Below, piece by piece: positions 1 to 12,911 of a stretch of DNA of 64,000 nucleotides; the stretch's first letter is position 1; each line of letters begins with the position of its first letter. The position numbers and the translations under genes were made by a program. Source of the stretch: Lama glama (lineage: Eukaryota); assembly GCA_028534125.1 (NCBI GenBank), contig CM052816.1:64916001-64980000 (forward strand), read 5' to 3'. The notes under the pieces were generated by a model. It was not told where the DNA came from. It searched no databases and worked only from the letters and a program-made list of their open reading frames with translations.

Positions 1-9
1 CGGGGCAAG

Positions 10-105
10 AGCACCTACTTTAGGGAATTGGCATGGGGATTCATGTAAAGTGCCTTGGATGGGGTAAACTCCTAGTGAGAGGTCCCTAGATATTAGTTAT
101 GATTG
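10..105 (+). mobile_element. MIR SINE 3' fragment (ancient)
   Basis: cacctactttaggg...catgtaaagtgcctt...tattagttatgatt resembles the MIR 3' consensus. Confidence 0.55.
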
Positions 106-139
106 TTTACCTTCCCTTTGAGCTTCTGGCCTCTTGGCT

Positions 140-557
140 TACTCTCTGCCTCTTCTGCTCTGTCCTACAAAAGGTAATGAGATTCATCTTCAAACAATGC
201 TGTTTTGATCTTATTATTGGCTGGTGAAATAGAAAGAAAACCTTCAGTGGTTTCCCATGGCTATGAAATAAAATTCAAAGTTTTCAATGTGGCATCCAAA
301 GTCTTCTGTAATCTCACTTCAACCCCATGGTTTGATGAATGCCTCATTCTTCTGCTAAGGATGCTTTGAGGCATAGCCATTAAGATGACAAGCACTCTGG
401 TGATTCTGATAAAGGTTGTCTAAAGGATACTTTGAAAGATGTTGCTTTAGTGCTATCTATCAAGTGATGTCTACTATATACACTGCATGTTTTTATGTAT
501 AAACCTTATTCCTCTGGATTTTAATTGTCTCAAGGGCAAGAACTTGGTCTTTGTATC
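140..557 (+). mobile_element. L2 LINE 3' remnant, probably with a small MER5-like insert near 340-450; resumes after the LTR at 1115-1160
   Basis: aaaaccttcagtggtttcccatggc...aaaattcaaagttttcaatgtggc and caagggcaagaacttggtctttgtatc; ataggtgctcagtaga after the LTR. Confidence 0.5.
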
Positions 558-1109
558 TCTGCAGAAAAGATTTAACATAGCAGACCTGAGACTGCTTCTC
601 TTGGGAAGGCTTGCTTGCAAGGCTGTCCCTTGGTTGGCATCTAGGAATTTGGCCTCAGAGTGCTCTCAGTCAATAATTAACTGATAAGTGTGGTTTATTG
701 TGCCTAGGTTTTGTGCAAACAATATAGTTTTTACTGGAATATCTGCTTTGCCTCTGAGAGTCTGGAATTTTCAGACTGCGTACGTGACCAGCCCACAATA
801 GAAACCTCAGGTGCTGAGTTCTCTGAGGAACTTCCCTAGGCAGAATCATTGCATACATGTTGCAACTTTTTCATTGTCATGGAAAGTGTTCTCTGTGCAC
901 CCTCTCATTGGAGGGAGAGAGCATAAGGAAGCCTGTATATGGAAGTCCTTCGAGTCTCCACGTGTTTTTTCCCCTTATGATCTGGCTCTGTCTGTGTCTT
1001 TGCTGTATTTCTTAATACAGTGTAAGGCTCTTAGCTGTAAGTGCAACTATAAGCTGAGTTCTGTGAGCTTGTCCAGTGAATGTCCAGATACAGGGGTGGT
1101 CTTGATGCA
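558..1109 (+). mobile_element. ERVL-class solo LTR, MER68/MER77-like
   Basis: Starts tctgcagaaaagatttaacatagcagacctgagactgc, ends ...gatgCA; 5-bp TSD GTATC at 553-557 and 1110-1114. Confidence 0.8.
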
Positions 1110-1864
1110 GTATCCCTTCCAAAACAATTTTTGTAATAGGTGCTCAGTAGATCTTTTGTGATTGTCACAAGTCTCCCAAACATTGTAGATACTTAAAAAA
1201 TTTAAACACTTTCTTTTTTGGGGGGACAATAAATAAATTTTTTGTACAATAAGCAAATTTTTAAAATGAAAATAAAGAGAAATTATTTTGGCTTCTTTAA
1301 ACTATCGTTACATGATCAGGCTAAAATTTTAAATGTATGATAGTTTCGAGGTATCCTTTCACTGCTTACAATGACTGATTCTGGTTCGCTTATTTATTTT
1401 CTTTTCCTTCTTTGCACTTCAAGCAAGATTTGAAATTTCAACCAGTTCTTTTGGGCTTTTGTGGTGCAGAATCAAGGGAAAAGGTAGAGAGAGAGAAGGA
1501 ATGAGGTTTGAGGACTGGATCTGGGAGAGGAGTTTTGGTGGAAGGTCTGAAGGAGATAGGTAGATCAAAGATCTTGTGTGATATGGGATAACTGTATGAA
1601 ACAAAGGAGCTTTTATAGACTGTTGCTGTGGACTGAGTCCCTTTCACAGTGTTTGAGAGATGCGAAAAGAGAATTTGTTGTTCCGAATGACCTCTTCGTG
1701 GCTGAGCTGGTTTTCATTGATTAATGACCCATCGTAAGAAAAAATCATGTTCACAGTTCAGGTCTTATGTGTTGCATTGATTTTACTTGGGAATAGGAAC
1801 CATATCATTTGTAGTTCTGAATTTAGAATGTGTGAATTTCCAATAAGTTCTTGATGATACTGAC

Positions 1865-2230
1865 TGATTGCTTCATTCACAAGCATTTATTGAGTGCCTT
1901 TGGGGTGCCAGGCCCCAGGTGCGGAGCTCCACAGAGGAGCAAAAAGAAGTCCTTGCCCACATGGGAGAGAGAAGGCTGTCTTGCACCCCACATTTCCAAT
2001 CCTGTGTAGTAAATAGTATTGGTAGAATGTGGGAGCCCAGAGGAAAGCATCTCTCATGCCCACTAGGGCATTGTGCCTGACTAGCCTCCATGATGCACAA
2101 GGAAAAGGAAACCTGGTCTTACCTCTAAGTACCAACTAGAAGAGTTTGGAGAAAAGTTACATGTAATGTGTGATGGCGAGGGAAGTCTCTCAGAGAAGGG
2201 CACCCCACTGTCTTTCGGGAACCTCTGTAA
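1865..2230 (-). mobile_element. L2 3' remnant
   Basis: ttcattcacaagcatttattgagtgcc...gtgccaggc is the reverse complement of the L2 tail. Confidence 0.6.
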
Positions 2231-3329
2231 GTCATCTGGAGCTGCACTTTCTAAGGATGAATTGTTTAGAGCTCAGCCTTTCAGCTCGGAAACTCGATTG
2301 TTGGGTTCACTGAGAGGGCAACTGCTTGAGGACTCATATTAATCAGCTAATGAGACTGATGTGTCAGTGAGAATGACATATTAATTTGCAATGAAAACGA
2401 CAACTGTCCCGGAAACCAAAATAATCATCCACTTGACTGTCATATTCTAGTCCTACAGACAGACCTTATGAGCAATAAGTAACCAGGCCTGATGAGCAGA
2501 GAATCAGAGCTAGAGGAGCCCATAAAATGGCTTGTATATTTTGTGCCGGGGTGAAGTAGGACATTCACCTCTATGTCAGGAGTCCTTGGCCAAGAGAGTT
2601 GAGCTCAGAATCTGCTGGTCAAGACTTCTTTTCACCTGGAGAGAGCTTGGGAAAGCACTGTCTGCATTTGCTTCTTTGGCCTCATTTTCCTACAACTATA
2701 TGAATGATAACCACTCTTTGTGTTGAATCATTTTTTAAAATGATGTATTTTCAATTGTATTATAAGGCAAGTTCTGCTTATCTGGGAACCATCGACTCTC
2801 TTTAAGGTGACAAAACACATCTATTCTGATGACCGATTTTTAAATAGTTTCAATTAGGAAGCTTGGAGGGTGATCTAATTCTCATTTTGGGAGTTTGGCA
2901 GAGAAGAGCATCTCACAGTAGCCTTCAGCACGTGTTGATGGAGGTACCCACATCCCCTGCATTATGACCTTGAATTTCGCTGGTTTGTTCATGTAGTGGT
3001 GCTGCTGAAGTACTTATAATTCATTTTCTCATTGACTGATTATCAATTTCAGCTGCTGGTTTTCACCTTTCTTTAGTTGGTGCTTAATTTCCCTGGAATT
3101 AAGTGGCATTAATAATTTTCCCAAATACATTGGCACCTATTAACATCAAAGTGCCACCCACTAGCAAAAGAGGCCATCCAATGTTTAGAATCAGAAATTC
3201 ATAGGTTGCCCATGAGTTTGCATTTTATACTTATCCATGCTTATCTCACAGAATAAGTGACTTGCCCAAGGTCATACACCTACTTAGTAGTAGAACTGGT
3301 ATAATTTTGCAATTCATATTATTTTTCAT

Positions 3330-3475
3330 GTATCTTATTATTTTATTTGTGTTACGTGTCAGTCTCTCCAATAGAGAATGTGCATTTATTGAACGCTGGC
3401 CTTTGTGTCTTTATTATTGTACTCCGAGTGCCTAGCATACTGCCTGGGGATGAAAAAAGATTTGTTGGTTAAAAG
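3330..3475 (+). mobile_element. L2 3' terminus
   Basis: tgtcagtctctccaatagagaatgtg...ttgtactccgagtgcctagcatactgcctgg. Confidence 0.6.
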
Positions 3476-3569
3476 CTTAGATGATAATAATAAGAAAGGA
3501 AAAACTTTTGTTTCTTATTGAGTCCTCATGAATTTTCTCCCACCATATCACATACAAAAATAAAAAACG

Positions 3570-4010
3570 TGTTCATTATTTATTCAGCATGTGCTTTGCT
3601 TGAGGCAATCTGCTCAGTGCTGTATTGGAGGAAGATGATAAAGACAAAGTACTGTCCTAAAGATACAGAGACCGTAGAATTCAACATACTAATGACTGTC
3701 GTGCAAGAGAGAATTAGAGTGCCCTGAAGGAGTTCCAGATGCAACACTAAAGCAAGTCAGAGTGGGAGGTATCACATTGTGGGGGAATGAGAGGAGGCAG
3801 CATGGAGGAGGTGACTTGACCTGAATCTTGGAGGAGCATCTGAATTTCAGAGATTATTAATGAGCTGACAGATAGGAGGGCAGGGTGGACAAAGGGAATA
3901 ATAGGAAGGTGACTCGTTTTGAAGACCTGTGAGAAGTCTCGCTTGGGCGTGGTGTGTGCGGTGAAGTGTATGGATGTGGAGGGGAGTGGGGCAAAGAGAG
4001 AAGAGGGAAT
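3570..4010 (-). mobile_element. L2 remnant
   Basis: ttcattatttattcagc...ggaggaggtgacttgacctgaatcttggagga pattern. Confidence 0.5.
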
Positions 4011-4894
4011 TGGGTAGGTTCCCAAACAGCTTTGTGTGTTCAGGCTCCTGGGTCTTCACTTGCCTCATTCGTCTCTGTGGTCTCTGAATATAAGAGTGAC
4101 AACATAGGTTACTTGGCAGCATGAGGTGGGCTGGTTTTGAGGGGCAGGAGAATGAGGCAGGGAGAGAACCTGGGGACTGATTGCAGGAGCCCAGGAACAA
4201 GATAGGGAGCAAGTGAACTGTGGGATGGCAGCGGAGATGAAAAGGAAGGGGGCAGTGTGGCGGCTAATGTGAATGACACCATCCGGGAAATGCAAGAGTG
4301 GGAGGAGCCAAAAATGGCGATGCCATTAACAGTGTGCAGTTCACACTTCTCACAACTTATTAAAATTTTTACGTAAACACTGATCTCCTCAGTAGACTGT
4401 GAGCTTCTGGTGGAAAAGGTCCATGTAATCTGCATCTGCTGAAGTGAACATGGCAGATGCTTGCTAAGTGTTGGACCAGTGACTGGATCGTAGGAGATCT
4501 GGCTTGGTAATGGCAGCTGGGGTGTTGGTAGAAATAACATGATTCTTTTGGGACATTCTGGAATTTGGAGTTGTTGTCTATTTTTCTGATGTAATTTCTA
4601 GAAATAGATTATAGAAAGAGCTGGAGAACAATTACAAGCTGTTTTGTATAAGTCAGGGCAAGGTAAAAAGAATAGGGAGGTGGGATGCGTGAGTATAGAG
4701 GAAACATGGTAACTGCTTCTTTCAAGACATCAGGTGCGATGGGAGAGAAAACGCAGCACAGCATCCATCGGGGACACTGGAACGTGGAGCAGGGCTGGGG
4801 GTAGATGGGGGTGGCTGAGGAGGACTGGGGGCTGTGTTAGCCAGTGAGAGCTGGAGGGAAGGAAGCGGGTGTGGCCTGAGCGGGAGGCGGTAGG

Positions 4895-5115
4895 GCCAGG
4901 AGTGGTGTGCAGGCTCTGGAGTCTGCTTGACTTCAAATGCGGGTTCTTCTGCTGATTCATTATGTGGTTTCAGTGACTTCACTTTCTCTTGCCTCAATTT
5001 CCTCTTCTGCAAAATGAGGGTAATAGCAATAATACCTGCACAAGCACATGTACGGCACTCGGAACAGAGCCCAGGATGTGGTAAGCACTCCGTGAGCACT
5101 AGTTACCTCTCTTCT
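4895..5115 (+). mobile_element. MIR SINE
   Basis: ggctctggagtc...gcctcaatttcctcttctgcaaaatgagggtaatagcaataatacct...gtaagcactc. Confidence 0.75.
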
Positions 5116-5134
5116 TGTTGGAATCCACTCTGAC

Positions 5135-5345
5135 CACTTCATACGTGCTATTCCATTTAGTCCTTAATAACCATGCAAGTGAGTGTAATTATCTTCATTC
5201 CACAAATGAGAAAACTGAAGTGCAGAGTTTCTGTAATTTGCTTAGATTCACACAGCCACCTAGTGGTAAAGCTCACCTAAGATAGATTCTTACCTAACCC
5301 ATCAGACATCCAGGTTCGGACCCTTCTGCTGTAACACACTGTCTA
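5135..5345 (-). mobile_element. MIR SINE
   Basis: attatcttcattccacaaatgagaaaactgaagtgcagag MIR core on the minus strand. Confidence 0.7.
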
Positions 5346-6604
5346 AAGCTGGATAGACACAGCGAGACCACTTGTGAGTAATTTAGATTTGATCAATAGG
5401 CATTAGGGAGCTGTGGCAGCCCTTGGGCCTGGGGTATAATGTAAGGACACTGTTGGCTGGAAAGATTTATCTGGTGGTCTTAAAAAAGAGAGCAGGCAGG
5501 AGGACTGGGTGCTAAGGATCCAGATGAGAGATGGCTGGGGAAGTGGCAAGGTGAGGCAAACCAGAGACAGGAGAACTAGTTGAATTTGTGCCTGATGCAC
5601 ATGAGATGGCCCTGATGGTATAAGATGGAAACTGACTAAAGCGGCATGTACAGGGGGTGGAGCTTTAAGTTTCAACTTGCAAGTTTCAGGCACGGGACTC
5701 TAAGAAAATATTGATTCTGTGAATGGTAACGAGGAAGTTGAGAAGGGAGCCACTTTAGTAACTGCCTCCTTCAGAAATGGCTACAGAAAAGTGACTGTAG
5801 GGGAATCATCTCAAAGAATAGTGTCTGGGCATTGAAGTGGAACACTTCATTATTTTTAGTGGCAGCTTGGTTCTTTATCTCACTGTCAACCCAGCTCCGC
5901 TTCCCCCTTCCTTAAGGAAGACAGCAGGTGGATCGTTCCTTTTCTCCTTGGAGTAGGATGTTTTCTGTACACACTTGGCACGTGACCTCCTTTCACAAAG
6001 GAGGCATACACCTCACGGCAGTTCTCATCCGTGGCTCACACAGTGGTTTGCATCTGAGGAGTTAGGAAAATCAGTTCTGTTGACTTCCTGTTTTCTATTT
6101 CAAGCCTCTGAGCAGAACTTCCCATTTGAGTAGGGCCAAGCAGAAAACATAAAGCTGGAATTTTCTCCTGAAGTTAATCTGCCAAAGGGATAAAGTAAGT
6201 TCATGGTCTGCGGGCTTTGCCTCACCCCACTCTCAAAGTTTGTCCTTCAGCTGCTCTTGTCTTTTCTACTGGAGGGGAGGAAACAAGGGAAGCTTCTGGT
6301 CTTTTCCTGCAGGTCAGTCCCAGAACTTTACTAGCACTCAGGGTGGGTCAAAACACATAGCTCAAACTGAGCTCTTGGCCAGATTTGAAGATTGCAGTAG
6401 CTTCATTCTTTGACAGTTCCTAAGAATATCATATTTTGTATTATCTTGTTCAGGTTTCCTGTCTGAACATGTTATTTTACCTGCTATTGTGGAAGGGTGA
6501 GGGTGGCCGAACTTCTCACTTTTTCCTCCACCCCTCTCTTCTCTGTCCCTCTTTCTCTGTTCATAATTTAAAACTACATTCGGTTCTGTTATCTCACTGC
6601 TTCC

Positions 6605-6785
6605 TTCATTCACAGCATGCAGTGAGGTGGCTATTACCCCCATTTTACAGAAGGTGAGACTGAGGTTTCAGTGAATTGTAGTGACTTGGCCAGAGTCACT
6701 TAGTTAATAACAATGCTGAGACTGAATCCTTAGTCTTTTGTCTTCAGGTCTCTCATGCTTTCTGTTCCCCCAAACCACAGTGCTT
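6605..6785 (-). mobile_element. MIR SINE
   Basis: tattacccccattttacagaaggtgagactgagg...gtgacttggccagagtcac. Confidence 0.75.
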
Positions 6786-9739
6786 TTCAGGTAGCATCCA
6801 TAGTGTGCAGGATGCTGACAGAAGGAAAAGGTGGCTGGACTGAACAGATCTCATCTACTAAAGAATCGTGGACTCCAATTAATAAAACAAAAAATGTTAA
6901 CTCAAGATATGGACATACAATTCTTCACGAGTATAGGACTTTGGGTCTCCTTTTGTTACAGACTTTAGGGTGATGTGACCCAAGGAAGCCATTCAGTGTA
7001 TGCAAGGAGAGTAACTGAAAAAGTCAGGTGTTGGCCTAGTGGTGGCTCACACCTTGTACTCAGGTGTCGTGAATTTTCTGTTGGTTGTTGAGCTGGGTGG
7101 TAGTAAGAAGACATTTTCATTTTCCCTTTGCCCCACAGTTTGGCAAATGGTGGGCAGGGAATCAGGTGTGAGTTGGGGTTGATGATGAGTATCTGGACTT
7201 GAACAATGAATGAATCAGTCCCGGATGTAGGAAAAAGGGATTGGAAATTGTGGCTACTTCGAAGAAGCAGGTGAGGGAGCTGTGATTCTTAGGAAGGACT
7301 GAGAATTAGGACAGGACAGTGAGTGAAAGCTGCGGAAGCCTCGGCTACCTGTTTTGCCTGGCACGTCTGTGGAGTGGCCCTGCTCTGCCAGGGCTCCGGG
7401 AGGGTTCCTGTGATTTCGGAGGAGTCCTCAGGTCTTCATGTGACCAAGTTGTCCTGGCAGACAGTTAACTCCCAGGGGCCCTCTGTACCAGGGCTGGCAG
7501 ATGTTTTCCTGACGTGGACTGTGAGCAGAAGGCAAGCCAGGCAGAGCCCTCTCTTCCTGAATCAAGCCCCTCCTTCCTCAGCCTCAAAGCAGAAGTGGCC
7601 AGGAGGGTGGTGATCTCACTGCCCACAGTGCTGTGAGATCCTGACTGTTCTCTCTCTGGACTCACGGATGACAGAGAGTGAAGGAGGGAAATCAAATATT
7701 GGGGCGAGGAGGGACTGGCACCCAGGGGCACAGCCTGCAGAAATCTCACTGGAGTGAGATGCTGAGAAAGGAGGATTTAGAGATTTGGGAAGGGATCTCA
7801 GAAATCTCAGTCCTAAAAAACACACTCAGGCTCGAAGGTGGTCCAGGTGTGGGGTTAATGTTGCATGTAACTGGCTGACGGAAATGGGGTGGGATGAGAC
7901 CCCAAGGGTACCTGGAGGTAGAGAATAAAGGAGGTGGTAAAGACACTCATTTTGCAATTGACTGGAGGCTGTCTGGCTGCAGGGCCCCATCCTCCAGAGA
8001 GGGCTTCTCTCTCTGCACATTGTATGAAAACAGCCAAGCAATCTGTTCTTAAAAAGCCCATGACAGAATTTTTGTAAACTGAATTCTGTTTTAAAGACAG
8101 GAGGGAATATCACCACTTAAAAGAACCTCAAGGGAATTACTTTCAAAAAGCAAATAATCATTTTAGGGAGTAGGCACTCAGCAACTGGTCCTGAATCTCT
8201 GGATTTCCTTGCATTGGCTCTGAGCATGAGTCAGCATTTTACCCTTTCACTGGGAAGGGAACGTTTTTCTTCTACGTATATGGAATACACAGTTCTTAAC
8301 TGAGCATAGTATGTAATTATTTCCCAGCTATTTTTACCCTTGATGCACTAAAAGTTGGGGGAAACCGTTTCATTAAACAGAACTTAAACACCATGAAAAA
8401 GTTATTTTCTTTGAGGAACCATGTTTTTTCCAGGAAAGGCCTTCTGCAACAGCTCTTTGAGAGACAGTTACCAAAGGACAATCCGTACCAACAGAGACAC
8501 AGCCTCTTAAGTCTGGTTTTTGGAAAATGAGCACTTATTTATTTATTTTTTTCTAAACAAGACACTGTGAGCTCAGTCATGTACACTTTGAAAATAATTG
8601 GTGTATGTTAGTATGCCTTGTGCCAGATGTCATGCTTGCTGAAAGGTGATTGGATTCAAACCAGCATATTTAAAGGTCAACGGGTTGTTCTTAAACAGTG
8701 CAGAACTTTTAACTCTTTGGTTATCATGGATTTTGACCAAATGGCCATTTTAGGAAGGAGGAGAGACTGCAAACTGCGTTTTAACTTTCCGACCTTTTTG
8801 CCCTTAAAAATTTTAAGAGTTCTCAGGGCTTTCTTGGGGGTGAAAAGGGTCTGAGAAATGACTTCTTAGCTGGCATTTGGAAATGGGTGGGAGGAAAGAC
8901 AGTTCTTTTCGAAGTACTAAATTTAGGTCAGGGCGCTAATGGAACAGTGGACATCACATAAGCAGTGTCTAAATGTCAGGCTGAACGCTCGCTCTCTTTC
9001 TTTTGTAGTAAGTGCTTCAAATTTGCTAGTCAGCTAATAATAGATTTTGGTCTCTTTCTCATTTTCCCACCTTTGGGTGTTTTTCCTTTTTTTCTTGAAA
9101 AGCTTGGTGGAGAAACCACTATCTAATCATCAATATTTAGCCCAGCTGTTTGATGTTAGTGCTATTTCTAAAGTGGGTGTTTCACTGGGCTTTTGGATTT
9201 TGATGACTTTATTTCCTCAGTGATTTTGGAGGCCTGGGTTCAAAGGTTTATTTTGTTGATCTTCAAAATATCTCCTCCCTATCAGCCTTTTTTTCTGGGC
9301 TTCCCCAAATAAGGTAGGAGACTGACCTGTCTCATATCAGTCGGGTGAATTTTAGTCAGTTGATGCTAAGGTCTCTTGTTTTTTGGGTTAATGTCCTTCT
9401 AAGTCCCTAGAAACGGCTCAATATTTCATTGTGAGGACTCTAGCTTGGAAGTTATGAAAACAGTATCTTTCTTAAAGAAAAAAAAACCTCTTTGAGGTTG
9501 ATATTGGACATTTCCACATACGCCACCCGAAAGTTGACAGGGAAAGGCAGATGGAGTCCAAGTACCTATCTGCCTGGAGTGTGTGTGAGAACTCTTGTAG
9601 TTCTCACTAAAGGCAAACTCCAGTTACCCTGACAAACCAGAGAGTCTCATGCTGTCCAGGAGCTACTCAGGGTTCTCTTCTTTCTTGGTTACTTCAAAGT
9701 TCACTCTTAGTCTTTTTTTTTTTCTGTTTGCCACAACTT

Positions 9740-9925
9740 TTTAGCTGTGAAGCTGTGTGCTAGTTGCTTTGAAACTCTTTGCCTCACTTACCTCATCTGC
9801 AAAATGGGGAAAACATTACCTACCTCTGTGTTACTATGAAAATTAAATGAGTTAATTCATTCAAAATGCTTGTAACGATGCCTGGCAGAACATAGATGCT
9901 CAGTAAATATTAACTCTCATTATTA
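9740..9925 (+). mobile_element. MIR SINE
   Basis: gcctcacttacctcatctgcaaaatgggg...aattaaatgagttaat...gctcagtaaatatta. Confidence 0.8.
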
Positions 9926-10579
9926 CGTAATTTTTTGCTATAAATCTAGTCTTTCACCAATTGATACGCTATGTGGAGATGCTTCTTCTAGTTGGGGTGG
10001 TACAAGCCCCGGAGTCCAGGTTACAGCTGCTCTCCTTTTCATGTCCTAACACTGCAGTCTTTTCTGCTTATACCCCAGCTGAGGTTGGCTGGGAGACATC
10101 GTTTGGGAGACGGTGGTCCTGAATCAGAAAGCTGGGGTAGCAAACTGCTAGAGTGGTTCCAGAGGGAAAAGATGGAGGAGCCAGACAGGCTGGCAGGGTG
10201 ACTCTTCGGCCATGGAGGGAGAGTCTGGAAGACTGGAGCAGATCAAAAGCAAAAATACAGCTCAGGAGTGGTTTTCAGAAAGGGACCAGGAGATGGAAGC
10301 CAGGAGGAGGCCCAGAGAAATGCCTTCTCAGACAGCTGTCCTTTGTCTTCGCTTACGGCCTCTGCAGCACTTCATGCCCGTCTACTACTCTCCCTGAGAC
10401 GCTAATATCTTCCCTGGGCTAAAGCTCAGTTGTCTTTGAGCATCCTCCTTCAAGGACAGTGAGCTCCAGCTACCATCATTACATTGCTGTCCTCAGTTGC
10501 TTCCCTAAATTAACTCACACATAACCTCCAGCTTTCACCAATAACTCTCAATTCAATTCTATTCAATCACATACTTTAC

Positions 10580-10891
10580 TTTTTTTAAATTGAAGCATAG
10601 TCAGTTTACAATATTGTGTTAGTTTCTGGCGTACAGCATAGTGGTTTAGTTACACATTTATATACATCGATTTTCATATTCTTTTTCATTATAAGCTGTT
10701 ATGAGATATTGAATATAGTTCCCTGTGCTATATAGTAGCACCTTGTTGTTTATCTGTTTTATATAGAGTAGTTAGTATATGCAAATCCCTAACTCCCAAT
10801 TTATCCCTCCTCACCCTCTTTCTCCCGTGGTAACCATAAGCTTGTTCTCTGTCTGTGAGTCTGTTTCTGTTTTGTAAATAAGTTCATTTGT
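10580..10891 (-). mobile_element. 5'-truncated lineage-specific L1 (3'UTR only)
   Basis: aaattgaagcatagtcagtttacaatattgtgttagtttctgg L1 tail; TSD atcacatactttac (10566-10579) / atcacaaactttac (10892-10905), one mismatch. Confidence 0.9.
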
Positions 10892-11030
10892 ATCACAAAC
10901 TTTACATTTCCAAATCTAAAGTTGATGTCTGAGCTAAAGCAAACATAACATAGTCACAAAATACATGCTACAGCAAGTACCAGGTGATATATCATGCAGT
11001 GATGCTTAGAATTCTGTTGGGAAATCGTTC

Positions 11031-11282
11031 CCAGAGCATGGTTTTTCAAGTATTTTTGATGGCAACAATAGAAAGAAACAGTTTTACATCACAGTCTTTA
11101 TACACATGTATGTATATTTGTGTGTGTGGATACGTATGTGTATAACTTAAGGAAAAGTGTCATGAAACAACGCTTCATCTTACCACACAAGATGCACTTT
11201 GATCATTTCTATCTGATTGAAAATAAGGCTGTTTGTAACCCACTAAACACATAATGTGCAGTTCGGGAAACCTTGATCTGGA
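11031..11282. mobile_element. hAT-Charlie non-autonomous DNA transposon, MER119-like
   Basis: Termini cagagcatggtttttcaag ... cagttcgggaaaccttgatctg; internal ttttacatcac motif and (TA/TG) stretch. Confidence 0.45.
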
Positions 11283-11517
11283 GTACCACCCAATGATTGC
11301 CTTTTGAGCTCTTATACATTATCCACTTTTGTGGCCATCTTTTATATTTTCAGGGATTTTCTTCTTATCTTGGCGTAAACAAAAAAGGAAATTCAGGTCA
11401 AGAACCAGCACGTTATCTGCAAAACGGAATTCCTCCTTCCTCTTACACTCTTTTCTGATAACTATTCTCTCTTAAATCCCCCCAAAATGCCTCACTAATT
11501 TCTAATGCCATCCATTA

Positions 11518-11866
11518 GAAATTTAGAAAACATTTTTGAAAGAAAGAGAGCTCTAAATAAATGAAGGACTGTAATACGCTCAAGGATGGAAAGATTTTGT
11601 GCAGATATAGATACCTGTATATCATATGATGTCAGCTCTTACGTTACGGAGTCAATGCTCTCACAATCAAAATGCCAGCAACCTTTTTTTAATGGAGATT
11701 CACATTTTCATTTTCAACTTCAAATGGAAATAATGTTAGTTAAGAATAGTCAATAGAGCTCGAAAGAAAGGAACAAAGAGTAAGACTTACTCTCTCAGAC
11801 TGTGACACTTACTATAAAGTGCAATAATTAAGACAGTGTAGTGCTGATACAAAGACAGAAAAATAG
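11518..11866 (+). mobile_element. Old L1 ORF2 fragment, inverted relative to the adjacent L1
   Basis: ctaaataaatgaagga...caatcaaaatgccagca...actataaagtgcaataattaagacagtgtagtgctgatacaaagacagaaaaatag matches sense L1 ORF2. Confidence 0.7.
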
Positions 11867-12723
11867 CCCTCAATAGCTGTCGTCAGTATCTTATGTTAGA
11901 TGTATTTTTGGGTATTTGGTATTTTTGATGCTGTTGCGAATTATACTATTTTGTAAATTTTAACCTCTGTTTCTTGTATGAGAAATATATTTGATTTTTC
12001 TATCCAGCAACTTGCTAACCTCTCTGATTAATTCAAATACTTCGTAGAATCTTTTGAATAACACAATTACATTGTCTAAAAATATTGATTATTTTACTTA
12101 CTCTTTTCCAACCTTATGCCTTTTTTTTTTTTTTTTGGTTTTATTACTTTGGCTAGGCCTTAACAGTAATGTCCAGTAGAAGTGATGGTGAACATCCTTT
12201 TCTCTTTCCTGATTTCAGAGGAAAAGTTTTCACCATTTCAGTGTTAAAAGTGATGTTTGATGTGGTATTTTAAAATTTGTTTTTGTAAATATGCTTTATT
12301 AGGTTAAAAGATATTAAATTTTATCAAATGCTTTTTCTGAATCTGTTAAGGTGATAGAGATTTCTCTTTCATTCCATTAGTCTGGTTAACTACAGTGAAC
12401 TGATATTTTGAAAGTTAAACCAACATTTTGTCCTTGGAATAAGCAGAACTCAGATATGATGGACTACATTATTACTAAATTCAGTTTGTTAATATTTTAT
12501 TGAAGGTTTTTTTGTTTATTACATGAGAGAGTCTGACCTGAATTTTCTTTTCATTTAATAACTTTGTCAGGTTTTGTTAGTAAGGTTATGCTGGCCTCAT
12601 AATATGAGTTGAGGAATAGATATTGGTTATTTGTGTCCTTTCTTACTTCATTTCCTCTTTGATCAGTCTCACCAGAGGGTTATCAATTTTTTTAGTCTTT
12701 TTAAAGAACAATCTTTTGGCTTT

Positions 12724-12911
12724 TTTTGTGTGTTTGTTTTTGTTTTTTAATTTTTTTTTTTAGGAGGGAATGAAATTCATTTGTTTATTTGTTTATTTAT
12801 TTTGTAATGGAGGTTCTGGGGATTGAACCCAGGACCTTGTGCATGCTAAGCACATGCTCTACCACTGAAATATACCCTCCCTATCCCAGAACCCACCCCC
12901 GACCGCCACCA
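12724..12911 (-). mobile_element. tRNA-Ala-derived SINE (camelid Vic-1-like)
   Basis: Minus strand ggagggtatatttcagtggtagagcatgtgcttagcatgcacaaggtcctgggttcaatccccagaacctcca plus A-rich tail; TSD ttggcttt at 12716-12723 and 12912-12919. Confidence 0.9.

Noticed and set aside
6104..6194. Plus-strand exon candidate (ttttctatttcaag ... aaa|gtaagt)
   Set aside because: Stops in all frames and no other support; such signals are expected by chance.
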